From: Paraspadella gotoi
Taxonomy: Eukaryota; Animalia; Chaetognatha
NCBI GenBank assembly: GCA_051294375.1
Contig: CM119271.1
Location: 1 to 64,000, forward strand
Direction: 5' to 3'
Length of the DNA: 64,000 bases
Positions 26,319 to 38,860 of this stretch are shown in pieces. The position numbers and the translations under genes are program-made. The notes under the pieces were generated by a model. It made no database searches and was not told the origin of the DNA. It saw nothing but the letters and a program-made list of their open reading frames with translations. Position 1 is the stretch's first letter. Each line of letters begins with the position of its first letter.

Positions 26319-27159
26319 TGTGGGTAACAAAATGTAAAGACTTTTTGTTCTATTCGCTAGTTTCATCTTTTGAAAGGTTCCTAAGGAAGATGATACTTAA
26401 ATAATGAGTGTGCCTAAGCTTAAACATGTAATGTTAAATGACCAATCAATATTTGTAATATAAGTACAAAATATCAAAAATGTATTATTTACTTTCCCTT
26501 ATCGATGGACATCCGTAACAGTCTTTATACTCCGAACCTTGTCTACCAGCAGACAAACAATGGTAATATTTGTAACTATAACTAATCTATTGAATATTAA
26601 GTTTTAAAATTATAAATTTGCTTAGAATAATATTAAAATAATGTGTTAAAAAGACAACTTAATTGTAAATCTGTCTAACGGCTAACTTTTATTATCCATA
26701 TGTTGGTACTAATCGGTTAATAGTTTCAATATTATTAGTAATAGTTTTTATGCGTATTTTTAGAAATTGTTAATTAAAACGAAATTAATCTTTAAATAAG
26801 AAAAACAACATTTTTTGGTCATGCGTTTGCGTTTTTAGTCGATGTAAAAACTCGTGTTCGTTTTTTATCCAGTGCTTATGAATCCCCCTTTTCCATTTTT
26901 ACTCCTATTTCCATGTGGCGAATGAATATACAGCACGATAACGTAATAAGAATATTCTTCTACCAATTGTTTTGCTTAATCTCGATTTGTTCTCTGATCT
27001 CTTCCGTTAAATTCAGCTGGGTTTTCTCCTCCAGAATTCGAAACAGAGCCACATTATTTTTTTCCAAGGCGCGCCATTTCTATTCATTTTCTTTAATTTA
27101 TTTCATTTTATTATTTAATCTTTATTGTGAACGAGACGTATAATTTTGATGGGGAGATC

Positions 27160-27724
27160 CTTTCTTGCCTCATTTACGTTAAGAAATTACTTGACAACGA
27201 CGGAGAGTTGATCCGCCGTACAAAACTATCCCCAACAGATATTATTGATCTCTCATCTCTCTGTCTCTCCNNNNNNNNNNNNNNNNNNNNNNNNNNNNNN
27301 NNNNNNNNNNNNNNNNNNNNNNNNNNNNNNNNNNNNNNNNNNNNNNNNNNNNNNNNNNNNNNNNNNNNNNNNNNNNNNNNNNNNNNNNNNNNNNNNNNNN
27401 NNNNNNNNNNNNNNNNNNNNNNNNNNNNNNNNNNNNNNNNNNNNNNNNNNNNNNNNNNNNNNNNNNNNNNNNNNNNNNTTGGCCTGTCTCTCATGGTGAC
27501 AGTTTCCCAATTATGGATGTCACACACCATGAATGAGGCCCTTTGTATTGCAAAAAATAAAAACCTTACCATACCTAAAAATATAAAACTATACATAGAT
27601 GATTGTTGGTGCACAATCAAGTTCCCGCCCCCACCCAGAAGACCTGGTCTCCGTAGCAATACAAACCACCAGTCAGTAGATCCTTCCGAGCAATTCAATC
27701 AATGCTTAAACGAGGTTCATCCAC
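27160..27724 (+). pseudogene. Accurate fragment of Penelope RT catalytic core (gap-interrupted)
   Basis: LIRRTKLSPTDIIDLSSLCLS...GLSLMVTVSQLWM...KLYIDDCW (YxDD)...FNQCLNEVHP. Confidence 0.9.
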
Positions 27725-27749
27725 NNNNNNNNNNNNNNNNNNNNNNNNN

Positions 27750-29830
27750 AGAAAATAATACAACACAAATTCACGAGATCTCGAAATTGAAAAAATTTTG
27801 ATGACATTTTATAAAAACATTTATCCATCTGGCTCACTCACCCCAACGCGTTCCCTGTTGTCAAGGCCCATAAACCGAAAAAAACTATCCTGCTCGCCTT
27901 ATAATACCTCCTTGTATTGCGTGCACCCAAGACTTCTTGCTTCCTTCTCCAACAATCTTCTTTCACCCTACATAGAAAATTGTCCGTACACCTGCAAAAC
28001 TCTTTGTCTTTGACAACTAATAAAAAATATTAAACTCGATCCTTTTGAAAAAATGGTCTATTTTGACGCCTCTGCCCTTTTTCTTCAGTGCCCATTTCCG
28101 ACTGCCTCATGTTAGTTAAGAAATTACTTGACAACCGACGGAAAGTTTGATCCGCCACAAAACTATCCCAAACAGATAGTTATGATCTCTCATCTCTCTG
28201 TTCTCTCCACTTCTGACTTTGTTTACCAATGACCGACATCATAACTACCAAAGAAAGTGGACCAATTGGCCTGTCTCTCATGGTGGACAGTTCTTCCCAA
28301 TTATGGATTGTCACACACTAGTGAATGATGAGCCTTTGTATTGCAAAAATAAAACCTTTACCATACCTAAAAAATATAAACGTATACATAGATGATTGTT
28401 GGTGCACAATCAAGTTCCCGCCCACCCAGAAGAGACCTGGTTCGCGTGAGCAATACAACCACCAGTCCGAGCAATTCAATCAATGCTTAAACGAGGGTTC
28501 ATCACGACGTTGTCAATTCACCAACGGGAACAAGAAATTGACAATAATTGCATAGGGTTCCTTGATTGATACACCTAACAGGCATAGGAGATGGAACACC
28601 TATCGGCACCCGCATTCACCGCAAAACCGACAACACAAATCTTCTCTGCATTAAATCACAATCATTGCCAATAATCCCAACTCATCACTGCATCTTTCAA
28701 AGGAGAACTTTGTACGTGCACACCGACTATGCACCTCACCCACACAAACAAAAAAAGAGATTAATTTTGCCTTAGACATGATTTGAAGATAATGGCCATA
28801 ATAGACCAGAAATTAGAACAAATTGCATCATCTTACCATCCTCCCCCTCTCCAATTCACAACGGCAAATTAACAACAAAAACAAAACCCGCAGCGCACGC
28901 AAAAGTAAATTTCCCTGTGTACTCTGATTGTTATTCCTAAAATAATTTATTTGATGGTCCTTCCTTTTCGAGATGAAAACCATTCATGAGGAAGAGACAC
29001 GCCATTTGCATGCATTCCATACATACCCAACTTTGCGGTTACTACTCAAAAGATCTTTATCCAGGCCGGTATCAACACATGTTTTACCTCAGAGCCAAAC
29101 TCAAAGACATTCTTTGCAGCAAAATAAAAAACCCATCCAGATCCTGAACTTTAAAAAACGGTATTATACAAAATATCATTGCCCATGCTCCGACAAGGCC
29201 GTTTACATAGGGCCAAACAACTTAGGAGTTTCAAGAAAGATGGAAGGAGCATTCCGAGCCATTGAAAAAAAAAGAGTGGCACTATTCGAGGCAATCTCGC
29301 AGCATTATGAGCCACTGCCACCTTACACCGAGATTTTACGCAACGCCACCGTGGTCAAGACAATGTCCGGAAAAAACCAAAAAAAAAACTTTTTCATGAT
29401 ACACAAAATTCGTGAGGCCTTTGGGAAATCAGACGGCACAGCAGCGGCCCAGGAGAGGGACTCAACGAGGACTGGGGCTACATAAAAGAACGACGCTTGG
29501 AACCCCGTCTTCATGAACTGAATGACAGAAGGCAGCGGGGGTGGGGGGCTATCCCAATTTTTTTTTGGGTCTTTGAGCTCAGAATTCACTGATTTGGTGT
29601 TTTTTATGACTTACTGCCTATCCTACAAGGTCAATTTCTTTCTTCTCTCTCTCTCTCTCTCGTTTCCCTTTCTCTCTATACTCTTTTAAAAAATCATTTT
29701 TTCGTTTTTCACTTTTCTTGCCACTTGATTGATGACTTAGCTAACATAAGTACGAAATATTTGGAAAAAAAAAAAATTCGTTTTGTTAAATGCACTTTTC
29801 TCCATGATGAAAATATATCTTTATATTATA
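27750..29830 (+). mobile_element. Second copy of Penelope-like family 1 (RT + GIY-YIG + pLTR)
   Basis: YIDDCW at ~28385; KYHCPCSDKAVYIG and IREA GIY-YIG motifs at 29160-29420; same downstream flank as the first copy. Confidence 0.9.
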
Positions 29831-29996
29831 TTTATTTATTATATATTATATTTATATCAATTTTGGCATTATGCACCATGTAATACAGTATCTAAATTCA
29901 ATTGGATAGTGCAGTATAGAGCGAATTAAATATGATGCTCAACTGTACTTGTAACCAAAATTATGTCACTCTCGACCCATTATTTAATATACAGTG

Positions 29997-30212
29997 TGAA
30001 GAGACAGTAATTATTGTTATGAGTTAGTGACAGAACCGTTCAATATAAGCAGTCCCTGAGCTTCGGATCAGGCTGTAACACCATGTTACAGGCGGGTTAA
30101 GCGCCCCTTCCCTCTTAACTGCTAAAACCCCGGACCTTTGGGTTGGAAGGCGAATGACTTGCCTCCGGCACCAATGGCCGCTGATGAACGGTTGGTGGAT
30201 TTTAGTCCACCA
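29997..30212 (+). mobile_element. Structured tRNA-containing element (copy 2; a partial copy starts at 30996)
   Basis: TGAAGAGACAG...AACCGTTCA...TGAACGGTT GGTGGATTTTAGTCCACCA; lacks the 3' acceptor-stem part of the tRNA-like domain. Confidence 0.8.
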
Positions 30213-31813
30213 TAAGTGGTAACAAAAATGTAAAGACTTTTTGTTTATCGGCTACTCATCTTTGAAAGGGTCCTAAGGAAGATATACTTAATAAATGAGT
30301 AGCTGACATAAGCTAAACATGTAGTAAAATGACCAATCAAATATTTGATAAAATAAGTACAAATTATCAAATAAAATAGTAATTTTTCTTATGGGGGTAA
30401 GTTTTAAGTCCGAACCCTTGGTCTACAACAGAAAAATGGTAAAAATATTTGTAACTAATAACAATCTTTGAATAAATTAATTTTAAAATTAACAATATGC
30501 TTAGAAATAACTATTAAAAAAAGAATGTGTAAAAAGACAAACTAAAATTGTAAAATTTTAACGGTAATTTTATTAATCAATATTTTACAATCCTTTAATA
30601 TCATTTTCAACATTTTATCTAGTAAAGTTTTTTACTGCTATTTTAGAAATTTGTTAAAACGAAAAATTAATTTAAAAAAACAACATTTTTTGGGCACTCA
30701 GTGACTTTTTAAGTCGATGTAAAAAAAAACCGTGTCCATTTTTCCAGCTGCTTATAATCCCCCTTCCCATTTCTACTCCATTTTCATGTGGCGAATGGAA
30801 TATACAGACGATAAAGTAAAATAAAAATATCTCCACCAATTTGTTTTGCTTAGATTCGATTTGTTTTGACTCTCCGTAAATCGCGGTTATCTCCTCCAGA
30901 TCAAACAGAGCCACATTATTTTTTTCCCAAAGCGCGCACATTTCTATTCCTTAATTCTTAAATTTAATTTCAATTTTAATATTTAATCTTAATTGTGAAG
31001 AGACAGTAATAATTGTTATGAGTTAGTGACAGANNNNNNNNNNNNNNNNNNNNNNNNNNNNNNNNNNNNNNNNNNNNNNNNNNNNNNNNNNNNNNNNNNN
31101 NNNNNNNNNNNNNNNNNNNNNNNNNNNNNNNNNNNNNNNNNNNNNNNNNNNNNNNNNNNNNNNNNNNNNNNNNNNNNNNNNNNNNNNNNNNNNNNNNNNN
31201 NNNNNNNNNNNNNNNNNNNNNNNNNNNNNNNNNNNNNNNNNNNNNNNNNNNNNNNNNNNNNNNNNNNNNNNNNNNNNNNNNNNNNNNNNNNNNNNNNNNN
31301 NNNNNNNNNNNNNNNNNNNNNNNNNNNNNNNNNNNNNNNNNNNNNNNNNNNNNNNNNNNNNNNNNNNNNNNNNNNNNNNNNNNNNNNNNNNNNNNNNNNN
31401 NNNNNNNNNNNNNNNNNNNNNNNNNNNNNNNNNNNNNNNNNNNNNNNNNNNNNNNNNNNNNNNNNNNNNNNNNNNNNNNNNNNNNNNNNNNNNNNNNNNN
31501 NNNNNNNNNNNNNNNNNNNNNNNNNNNNNNNNNNNNNNNNNNNNNNNNNNNNNNNNNNNNNNNNNNNNNNNNNNNNNNNNNNNNNNNNNNNNNNNNNNNN
31601 NNNNNNNNNNNNNNNNNNNNNNNNNNNNNNNNNNNNNNNNNNNNNNNNNNNNNNNNNNNNNNNNNNNNNNNNNNNNNNNNNNNNNNNNNNNNNNNNNNNN
31701 NNNNNNNNNNNNNNNNNNAGAGAGAATGCAATAGCAAAAAGCAATTAATTATATAATTAATTAACCAAATAAATGAAACATTCAAATAACAATAGTAAAT
31801 TTAATAAATGATA

Positions 31814-32054
31814 TGGTGGAGTAAAATCCACAACCCGTCATATCAGCCGGCCCATTGGTGCAGGAGGCAAGCCATTTCATCCTCCCAACCCAAAGGTCCG
31901 GGGTTCTAGCCCGGGTCGCCTTAGCAGTTTTTAGAGACGGGGGCTAACCCGCCTGTAACTCGGTGTTACAGCCTGATTCCCGAAGGCTCAAGGGACTGCT
32001 TTTATATTGAACGGTCTCTATCACTAACACACACAATAATTACTGTTCTCTTCA
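31814..32054 (-). mobile_element. Structured tRNA-containing element (copy, opposite orientation)
   Basis: tggtggagtaaaatccaca...tactgttctcttca. Confidence 0.8.
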
Positions 32055-32247
32055 TTGGGAGCCCAACTTCCGAACACATCAGCAACCAACAACACTTTCA
32101 GAGCGAATTCTGCCCTCACCTGGCGAATGCACTTTCCGCCCACCAACACATCAGGCGACATGCCTCAACTTGTTGACGAATTTCCACCAACAACAACAAT
32201 TCACTGAAGAGACACAACAGACTTCTCCATGCGGGAGGGGTGATGTA

Positions 32248-32479
32248 TGGTGGACTAAAATCCACCAACCGTTCATCAGTGGCCATTGGTGCCGGAGGCA
32301 AGTCATTCACCTCCCAACCCAAAGGTCCGGGGTTCTAGCCCGGTGGTCGCCTTGCAGTTTAGAGAGACGGGGCGCTTAATCCGCCTGTAACTCGGTGTTA
32401 CAGCCTGATCCGAAGCTCAGGGACGGCTTATATTGAACGGTTCTGTCACTAACACATAACAATAATTACTATCTCTTCA
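32248..32479 (-). mobile_element. Structured tRNA-containing element (most intact copy)
   Basis: tggtggactaaaatccacca accgttca ... tgaacggtt ... tctcttca. Confidence 0.85.
32279..32351 (+). pseudogene. tRNA-derived domain (Gly-like, not a functional tRNA) inside the element
   Basis: 73 nt; acceptor stem G(C/T)GGCCA/TGGTCGC, A-box-like TGGTGCNGGAGG, CTCCCAA loop, AGGTC, T-arm CCGGG-GTTCTAG-CCCGG; anticodon stem degenerate. Confidence 0.65.
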
Positions 32480-32869
32480 ATGAGCTCGTTTCAGTTTATT
32501 GATTTTTTCTAGGAATGTTTTCAAGAAACAAATGGGGTTAAAACAGATTAAAATCAGCTGTTTTTCTTAACTCAGATTGTTCATTTGTTTTGGTCTAACT
32601 AAAGACAAAAGATCAATATAAGTAAAAGATAACAATAAAAGGTTTTTGAGCAAGCATCAGCTTTCAAGTTCAAATGACGACTCTAACTGAGTCATCAATT
32701 GTGGTTGAAATGATCTGGGGTTGAATCCTACACTGTTATGTTCGAAAGTCGAGCTCATCAATGAAGAGACAGTAGAGCTCCCAGAAATACCATGCATTTT
32801 TGAAAGTTCTCATATACAAGATTAAGTATTATGATATTGCAATTTGGACAGGCTAAGAAAAGGACAGGA

Positions 32870-33370
32870 AGCTTGGGTTTAGGGTTAGGGAAAGTACTGG
32901 GGAAGGAAATTAAAAATTAAAACTTAGCCTTATTGGATGGCCGGGAAGCAGGGATGCCTGAGTTGAGGCTCAGAGGTGAACCTCAGGCTGATGTGAGGGT
33001 TGGTGGAGAAGCTCTGGAGTGATGCCAGGGCTAGGGTTCTGCCATTGATATAAAACAGGAGGCCTAGGTTAGGGTTAGGGCTAGAAAGTGGCTCTCTGCA
33101 GATTCACAGCCAGGGAAACTGGTGAGGTTGGATCAGGGACCAGTTTAGGGTTAAGGTTGAGCAGGAATACACGATCTTGCGGTTAAGGTTAGGGGAAAGG
33201 CTGCTCGGGTAAGACAAAAGCCCACGTTAGGGTTAGGGCTAGGTTAGATATCCCAAAGCCAGGGAAACTGATTAAGATTAAGGTTTTGTTTAGGGCCCGG
33301 TTTAGGGTAAGGGTGAGTGAGAGGCTGCTAGCTGCAAGGCTAAGTGACTACCATCTAATTCGCTACTTTT
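32870..33370 (+). repeat. Degenerate TTAGGG-interspersed array related to 1230-2265
   Basis: ttagggttaggg blocks separated by GC-rich spacers; ends with attcgctacttt as at 2253-2264. Confidence 0.65.
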
Positions 33371-33850
33371 TGCATCACTTGGTAATCTTTTTAAAAGCCA
33401 ATATCTTGGTTTATAAGATTAAAGATTTAAAATCCCTTAGACAGTTCTATTTGTTTAACCAGATAGTAAAATTTTATTAAAATTAGTAAAGTAGTTTGGT
33501 CAGGGCCAATTTGGCTAAAAGAATTATGAAGTTTTAAACTTGACGCCTTTTGTAATAATATTTTTATAACTTATTTATAAACTAAAAATAAAAAATGTAA
33601 TATTAAGGTTATTGGGTAACTTTATTTTTGAATTAATTTAAGTATGTTGGCTGAATAACAGCTATATTTATTTCCAAAAATCCTGAATTTTAAAACCGGA
33701 AGTGGTTCAACGCAAAAACTGGTGTGGAAAATCCCATAATGAGCATCCAGGAAATTTTTTATTGTGATATTCGTTTCTCCACTAAATTTGGCACAAGAAA
33801 CTTTGCAGGTATCAGGAACTTTCATAAATGTATGATATTTCTGGGACCTC

Positions 33851-34770
33851 TAAGAGACAGTAATAATTGTTATGTGTTAGTGACAGAACCGTTCAATATA
33901 AGCAGTCCCTGAGCTTCGATCAGGCCGTATCATCATGTTACAGGCGTGTTGAGCGCCCCATCCCTCTTAACTGCTCGCCCGACCACCGGACTAGAACCCG
34001 CGGACTTTTGAGTTGCCTCCTGCCACAATGGCCGCTGATGAACGGTTGCTGCATTTTAGTCCACTAATTTAGGAAGCTGCTATAGAAAAAGAAGCCAGTG
34101 ACTTTTTTCTTATATTTTTATATCGATTGATGTGGAATGACGGGAATATTGTAAATCTCAAGTTTCACTTTAATTGGACCTCACATTGTGGAGATCTTAG
34201 GAAACCCATCAAAATTCCACCCCTTTTTTTCAACATTCTCGCCTTTTAAGATTTTACGATTCTGACTTCCTCTTACAAACTTATAATTCCGCTAGTTAAT
34301 TTTTTTTCTTAAACGAGCTAAGGGAATCCACAACTTTCTGTTATTTTGATTTCTGGGTAAAAAATAATAAATTACATTAACATTGGGATATTATGAAAGT
34401 GTAATATCTTATGAAGCCTGTGAAAGTTAAATAATTAAAAAAATTCGCTTATTTTATTATTGAAAAATAACATCAAAGTGAAGAAGTTGAATGGCTTCCG
34501 GCTCCTTTCAGTAATCTTCCCTGTTCTCTTCTAATAANNNNNNNNNNNNNNNNNNNNNNNNNATAATTGTTATGTGCGAGTGACAGAAACCGGTTCAATA
34601 TAAGCAGTCCCTGAGCTTCGGATCAGGCTGTATCATCATGTATCAGGCGTGTTGAGCGCCCCATCACTCCCTTAACTGCTCGGCGACCACCGGACTAGAA
34701 CCGCGGACTTTTGAGTTGCCTCCTGCACCAATGGCCGCTGATGAACGGTTTGCTGCATTTTAGTCCACTA
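33851..34770 (+). mobile_element. Two more copies of the tRNA-containing element (33851-34066, 34563-34770), part of a duplication across a 25-N gap
   Basis: 33865-34537 is nearly identical to 34563-35250. These copies lack the anticodon-arm segment. Confidence 0.75.
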
Positions 34771-35727
34771 TAATTTAGGAAGCTGCTATAGAAAAAGAAG
34801 CCAGTGACTTTTTTCTTATATTTTATATCGATTGATGTGGAATGACGGGAATATTGTAAATCTCAAGGTTTCACTTTAATTGGACCTCACATTGTGGAGA
34901 AATCTTAGGAAACCCATCAAAATTCCACCCCTTTTTTCAACATTCTCGCCTTTTAAGATTTAACGATTCTGACTTCCTCTTACAAACTTATAATTCCGCT
35001 AGTTAATTTTTTTTTTTCTTAAACGAGCTAAGGAATCCACAACTTTCTGTTATTTTATGATTTCTGGGTAAAAATATAATAAATTACATTAACATTGGGA
35101 TATTATGAAAGTGTAATATCATTATGAAGCCTGTGAAAGTTAAATAATTAAAAATTCGCTTATTTTTATTATTGAAAAATAACATCAAAGTGAAGAAGTT
35201 GAATGGCTTCCGGCTCCTTTTCAGTAATCTTCCCTGTTCTCTTCAATAAGATAATGTTTACTTTTTGCTGGTGGAAAAAAAGGATAAATACTTAGGCTGG
35301 TTGATGGGGTAAATTATATTTTTGTAAAAGTTTGTAAGCATGCTTGTAAAATCAGACAAGCAAATATTTAAGTAACAAAAAATTCACATTTTCTTTATCC
35401 AAAAAACTTTAAAGTTTACTAGAGTACAATTTAGCCTTTTTTCTCTCAGAATCATTAAAAAGAATTTAATTTTCATTATTCTTATTGGTGTCATTAGTTT
35501 TAAAATTCATTATAATTTTGACTTAGTTGACACTCACCCTGAAAGGAGGTTTCTGCATAAGTAATTCTAAAATTGTATCTTGTATGTGCCCTATGATTAT
35601 GGCTTCATTTTTTCTCAACCTTCCTTTTAATTTCTTTTTAAATAAAATTTCGCGATTCAAAACCGGACTAATTCATTTAAACCTGATCATTTTATGTCAA
35701 AATCATTATAAAATGAAAAAAAAAATT

Positions 35728-35985
35728 CTTAAAAGCAATAGGATCGAGCCAGCTTTCGATTGCGTAACCAAATATTGATGCGATGATAACTAAATATGAT
35801 GCGATGATAAACCCAATAATGAATGCGATGATAATAAAATAACTGATGTTGTATGATAATCAAATGCATTGACTGGTATGCATAGTCATTCATTAATGTT
35901 GATGATACATCATTCATTGATCTGATGATAATTCATTCATTGATGCGATGATAGTCATTCATTGACGCGCATGAATCATGTCATC
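35728..35985 (+). repeat. 22-bp TTGATGCGATGATA minisatellite element (also 41580-41735, 47045-47200)
   Basis: gatcgagccagctttcgat followed by caaatattgatgcgatgataac repeats at three sites. Confidence 0.75.
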
Positions 35986-36089
35986 GTAAAATAAAACAAA
36001 CCAAATGCGTGCTTATGAATCAAAGAAGAGAGGAGGCTTGGTCAGTTTTCACTCTCGTTATATATTAAAGAATAATCAGAATTTTTAGA

Positions 36090-37792
36090 AAAAAAATCAC
36101 GAAAATCTCGGATGTAAATTTGGGATTTTTGTATTTGAGAAAAAAGCGCCGGGAATAAATGGCGGAATAAATAGAAAGAAAAAAGAGAGAGAGAGAGGAG
36201 AGAGAGAGAAAGATAGATAGAAGCTGGACCGCTCCTTGCAAGCTGAACTCGTTTTTCGACGTATCTGCGTAGGGACGAAAACTCTTTTTCCTTTCTAATA
36301 TTTTTTTACTTATCAAAAAAAATTTTATGTCCTCATCTTAATTAAAGTTTTTTAATCTTGAATGAAATTTTAGATTGTTCATATTTTTTAAGAAGAAACC
36401 AGACCGAGGTCAAATTGCATATTTGTTATATTTAACTAATTTATAAATATTTTACCCAACTCAAATAATTATTATTTTAAAAAAAGGATAAAATATTAAA
36501 TATATTACACTAAAAAAATTTACCAAATTTATAAAAATTGCTAAAAATTATAGAATAACAAAAAGTAATGTTAATTGATATATCTCTTCTTCTCAACTCC
36601 TATTTTTAGATATTAATTTTGCCAATAGTGGCCGACCGGTCCAAAGCTTACAGTAATAAACCAAAAACAAAAAATTTTTTGCTTAGAAAATTATATATAT
36701 ATTATATTATATATATTATTATTATTATTATATTATTATATATATATGTATATTATGTTATACACTAAGCATTTAAATACTTATAATGACGCTTTTTTAT
36801 AAAAAGTAAAACCATGACGTTTTCGTTTTACATTTTACACTTTTTATACTAGACATTTTTTGATTTTTTACTTTAAACACTTTAACTTTTTTACTTTTTT
36901 TTCCGGTTTACGATTATAAAATATTTTAAATAAATCCTAGTTGCCCTTTACTATAACACTATTATAATTATACATTTTAGGTATATTTAATTTAGTTTAA
37001 TTTAATTTAATTTACTATTAATTTAGTTCTTGCCCTTACTTTAACACATTATAATTATACATTTTAGGTATATTTAATTATGCTTATATTTTTCTTTTGT
37101 TCTTTTTTCATAATATTTTGTTTTTGTTTTTACGTTTTATTAACGTTGTTTTCGTTTATGCTTTAATATTTTTGTTGTCTTTTTATATTTTTGCGTTTAA
37201 AAAATTTTGAATTCTTGAACGTTTTTGAACGTTTCTTATAAATTAGTTCATAATATTTTTTCATGGAGTCCATTTAAACGTTTTGTCTTTGTTTTTTGAT
37301 TTTTTTTGTTTTAAAATTTTGAATTTTTGGAACGTTCTTTTGGAACGTTATATTTTATAGCTTTCTTTTTATGAATTTGTTTCATAACATTTTATTTTAA
37401 TGCAGTTCAATTTTAATACGTTAGTGTCTTTTGTCTGTTGAATTTAAATAGTTTAGTTTACTTGTTTTTACTGCTTTCTTAGTTTTTACACTGATACCTG
37501 TTTTGATTTTGTTCAATACTGTTTTTAGGTATTAATAAAAAAAAAAACTATATATATTGCCAATTAAATTAATCCGCGCAATTGCCGCGACATATAGCAG
37601 TATATGTTACAGCAGCAAGCTGACATTGCCTGCATTATAAGTTATTTTTTCCTTTTTTCTAAAATGAATCCACGTAAATCTCGGATGTAATTTGGGATTT
37701 TTGTTATAGAGAAAAAAAATAAATGGCGATAATAAAAAGTTTTTAGAATGAAAAAATAATAAGAATTTTTTCAAAAACGAACGATCGTACAT

Positions 37793-37823
<31 letters not shown>

Positions 37824-38860
37824 AGAAAGAGCTGAACAGAGCCGGAACTCTTTACTCGTTTATCGTCGCCTGGGTTTGCCAAAAAAAAAGTACTAAAAAA
37901 AATTTTTTTTTTGTAAAAAAAAAAGAGAGAGAGGAGAGAGAGAGGAAGATCGATAGGAGAAGAGAGAGCCGGAACTCGTTTTAATCGTTACTCGCTGCGC
38001 CTCCCAGTGGACGGTTGGTGAAAAAAAAGTGACTAAAAAATTAATTTTTGCTACAAATAAAAAAAGATAGAAATGAGATAAAGCGAGAAGAGGAGACGAT
38101 AGAGAGAGAGAAGAAAGATAGAGAGAGAGAGAGCCGGAACTCGTTTACTCGTTTACAATACAGTGTGAATAAATTTTTTTTTTGTAAAAAAAAAAAGAGA
38201 GAGAGAAAGAGAGAGAGAGAAGAGAGAGAAGTTTTCCGCCAACGATACGCAAATATTAGGTCACTCTGTTTATATCGGCTTTGATCTCGGTCAAGTTGAT
38301 TTTTTTTTTATACACGTAACGTGTTCTCGTTGCCATCCAAAGCGCCTTTATTAGGTCATGTTCCTCGACATTGTTTACTCGTTGCCCCGCAAACGGCCAC
38401 GAAATTCCAGGTCAAGTAAGTTATTCTTCACTATTTTCTTCAAAAAATCACCGGAAAATCTTCAGATGTAAATTTTGGGATTTTGTATTTGAGAAAAGTA
38501 AGCACGGAAATAAATGGCGATAATAAAAAGCTTTAGAAGGAAAGAAATAATTAAGAATTTTTTCAAAAACGGTGGGTTAAAAAAAGTGAATAATTTTTTT
38601 TGTAAAAATAGAGAGAGAGAGAGAGACGAGAGAGAAGAGAGACGGAGGGCAGAGAGAGAGAGAGAGCCTGAACTCCGTTTTTTTTAAACGATTCAGAAAA
38701 GGCAGCGCCCTGAATCAAATTTTATATATGTTTTTTTAGAAAGAAAAATAATTCATAATTTTCAAAAACGAACGATCACGCAAGAGATCGCACACAAAGA
38801 GAGACAGCAGAGAGAAACTGAAACTCGTTTTAAACGATTTCAGAAAGGCAGCGCCTGAAA
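36090..38860 (+). repeat. Dispersed ~200-bp GA-rich repeat, three or more copies (36090, 37665, 38445)
   Basis: aaatctcggatgtaaatttgggattttgtatttgagaaa..aaatggcg..(GA)n..gccggaactcgttt recurs. Confidence 0.65.
36850..37530 (-). repeat. AT-rich interspersed repeat, inverted relative to 41850-42130, 43800-44030, 47300-47900 and 49270-49490
   Basis: cgttagtgtcttttgt and ttgaacgtttttgaacg are reverse complements of acaaaagacactaacg and cgttcaagaacgttcaa. Confidence 0.65.

Noticed and set aside
23975-30995. Real tandem duplication of Penelope plus flank
   Set aside because: Both copies start at 25-N gaps, share identical flanks and differ by random indels; most likely one locus filled twice.
30976-31785. 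Long ORFs of 240-269 aa
   Set aside because: They consist almost entirely of N gap.
32279-32351. Functional tRNA-Gly gene
   Set aside because: The anticodon stem does not pair, the B-box is non-canonical, and it is embedded in a repeat whose copies delete parts of it.
31814-32479. TRIM/LTR retrotransposon (TG...CA direct repeats)
   Set aside because: No primer-binding site, polypurine tract or 4-6-bp TSD found.
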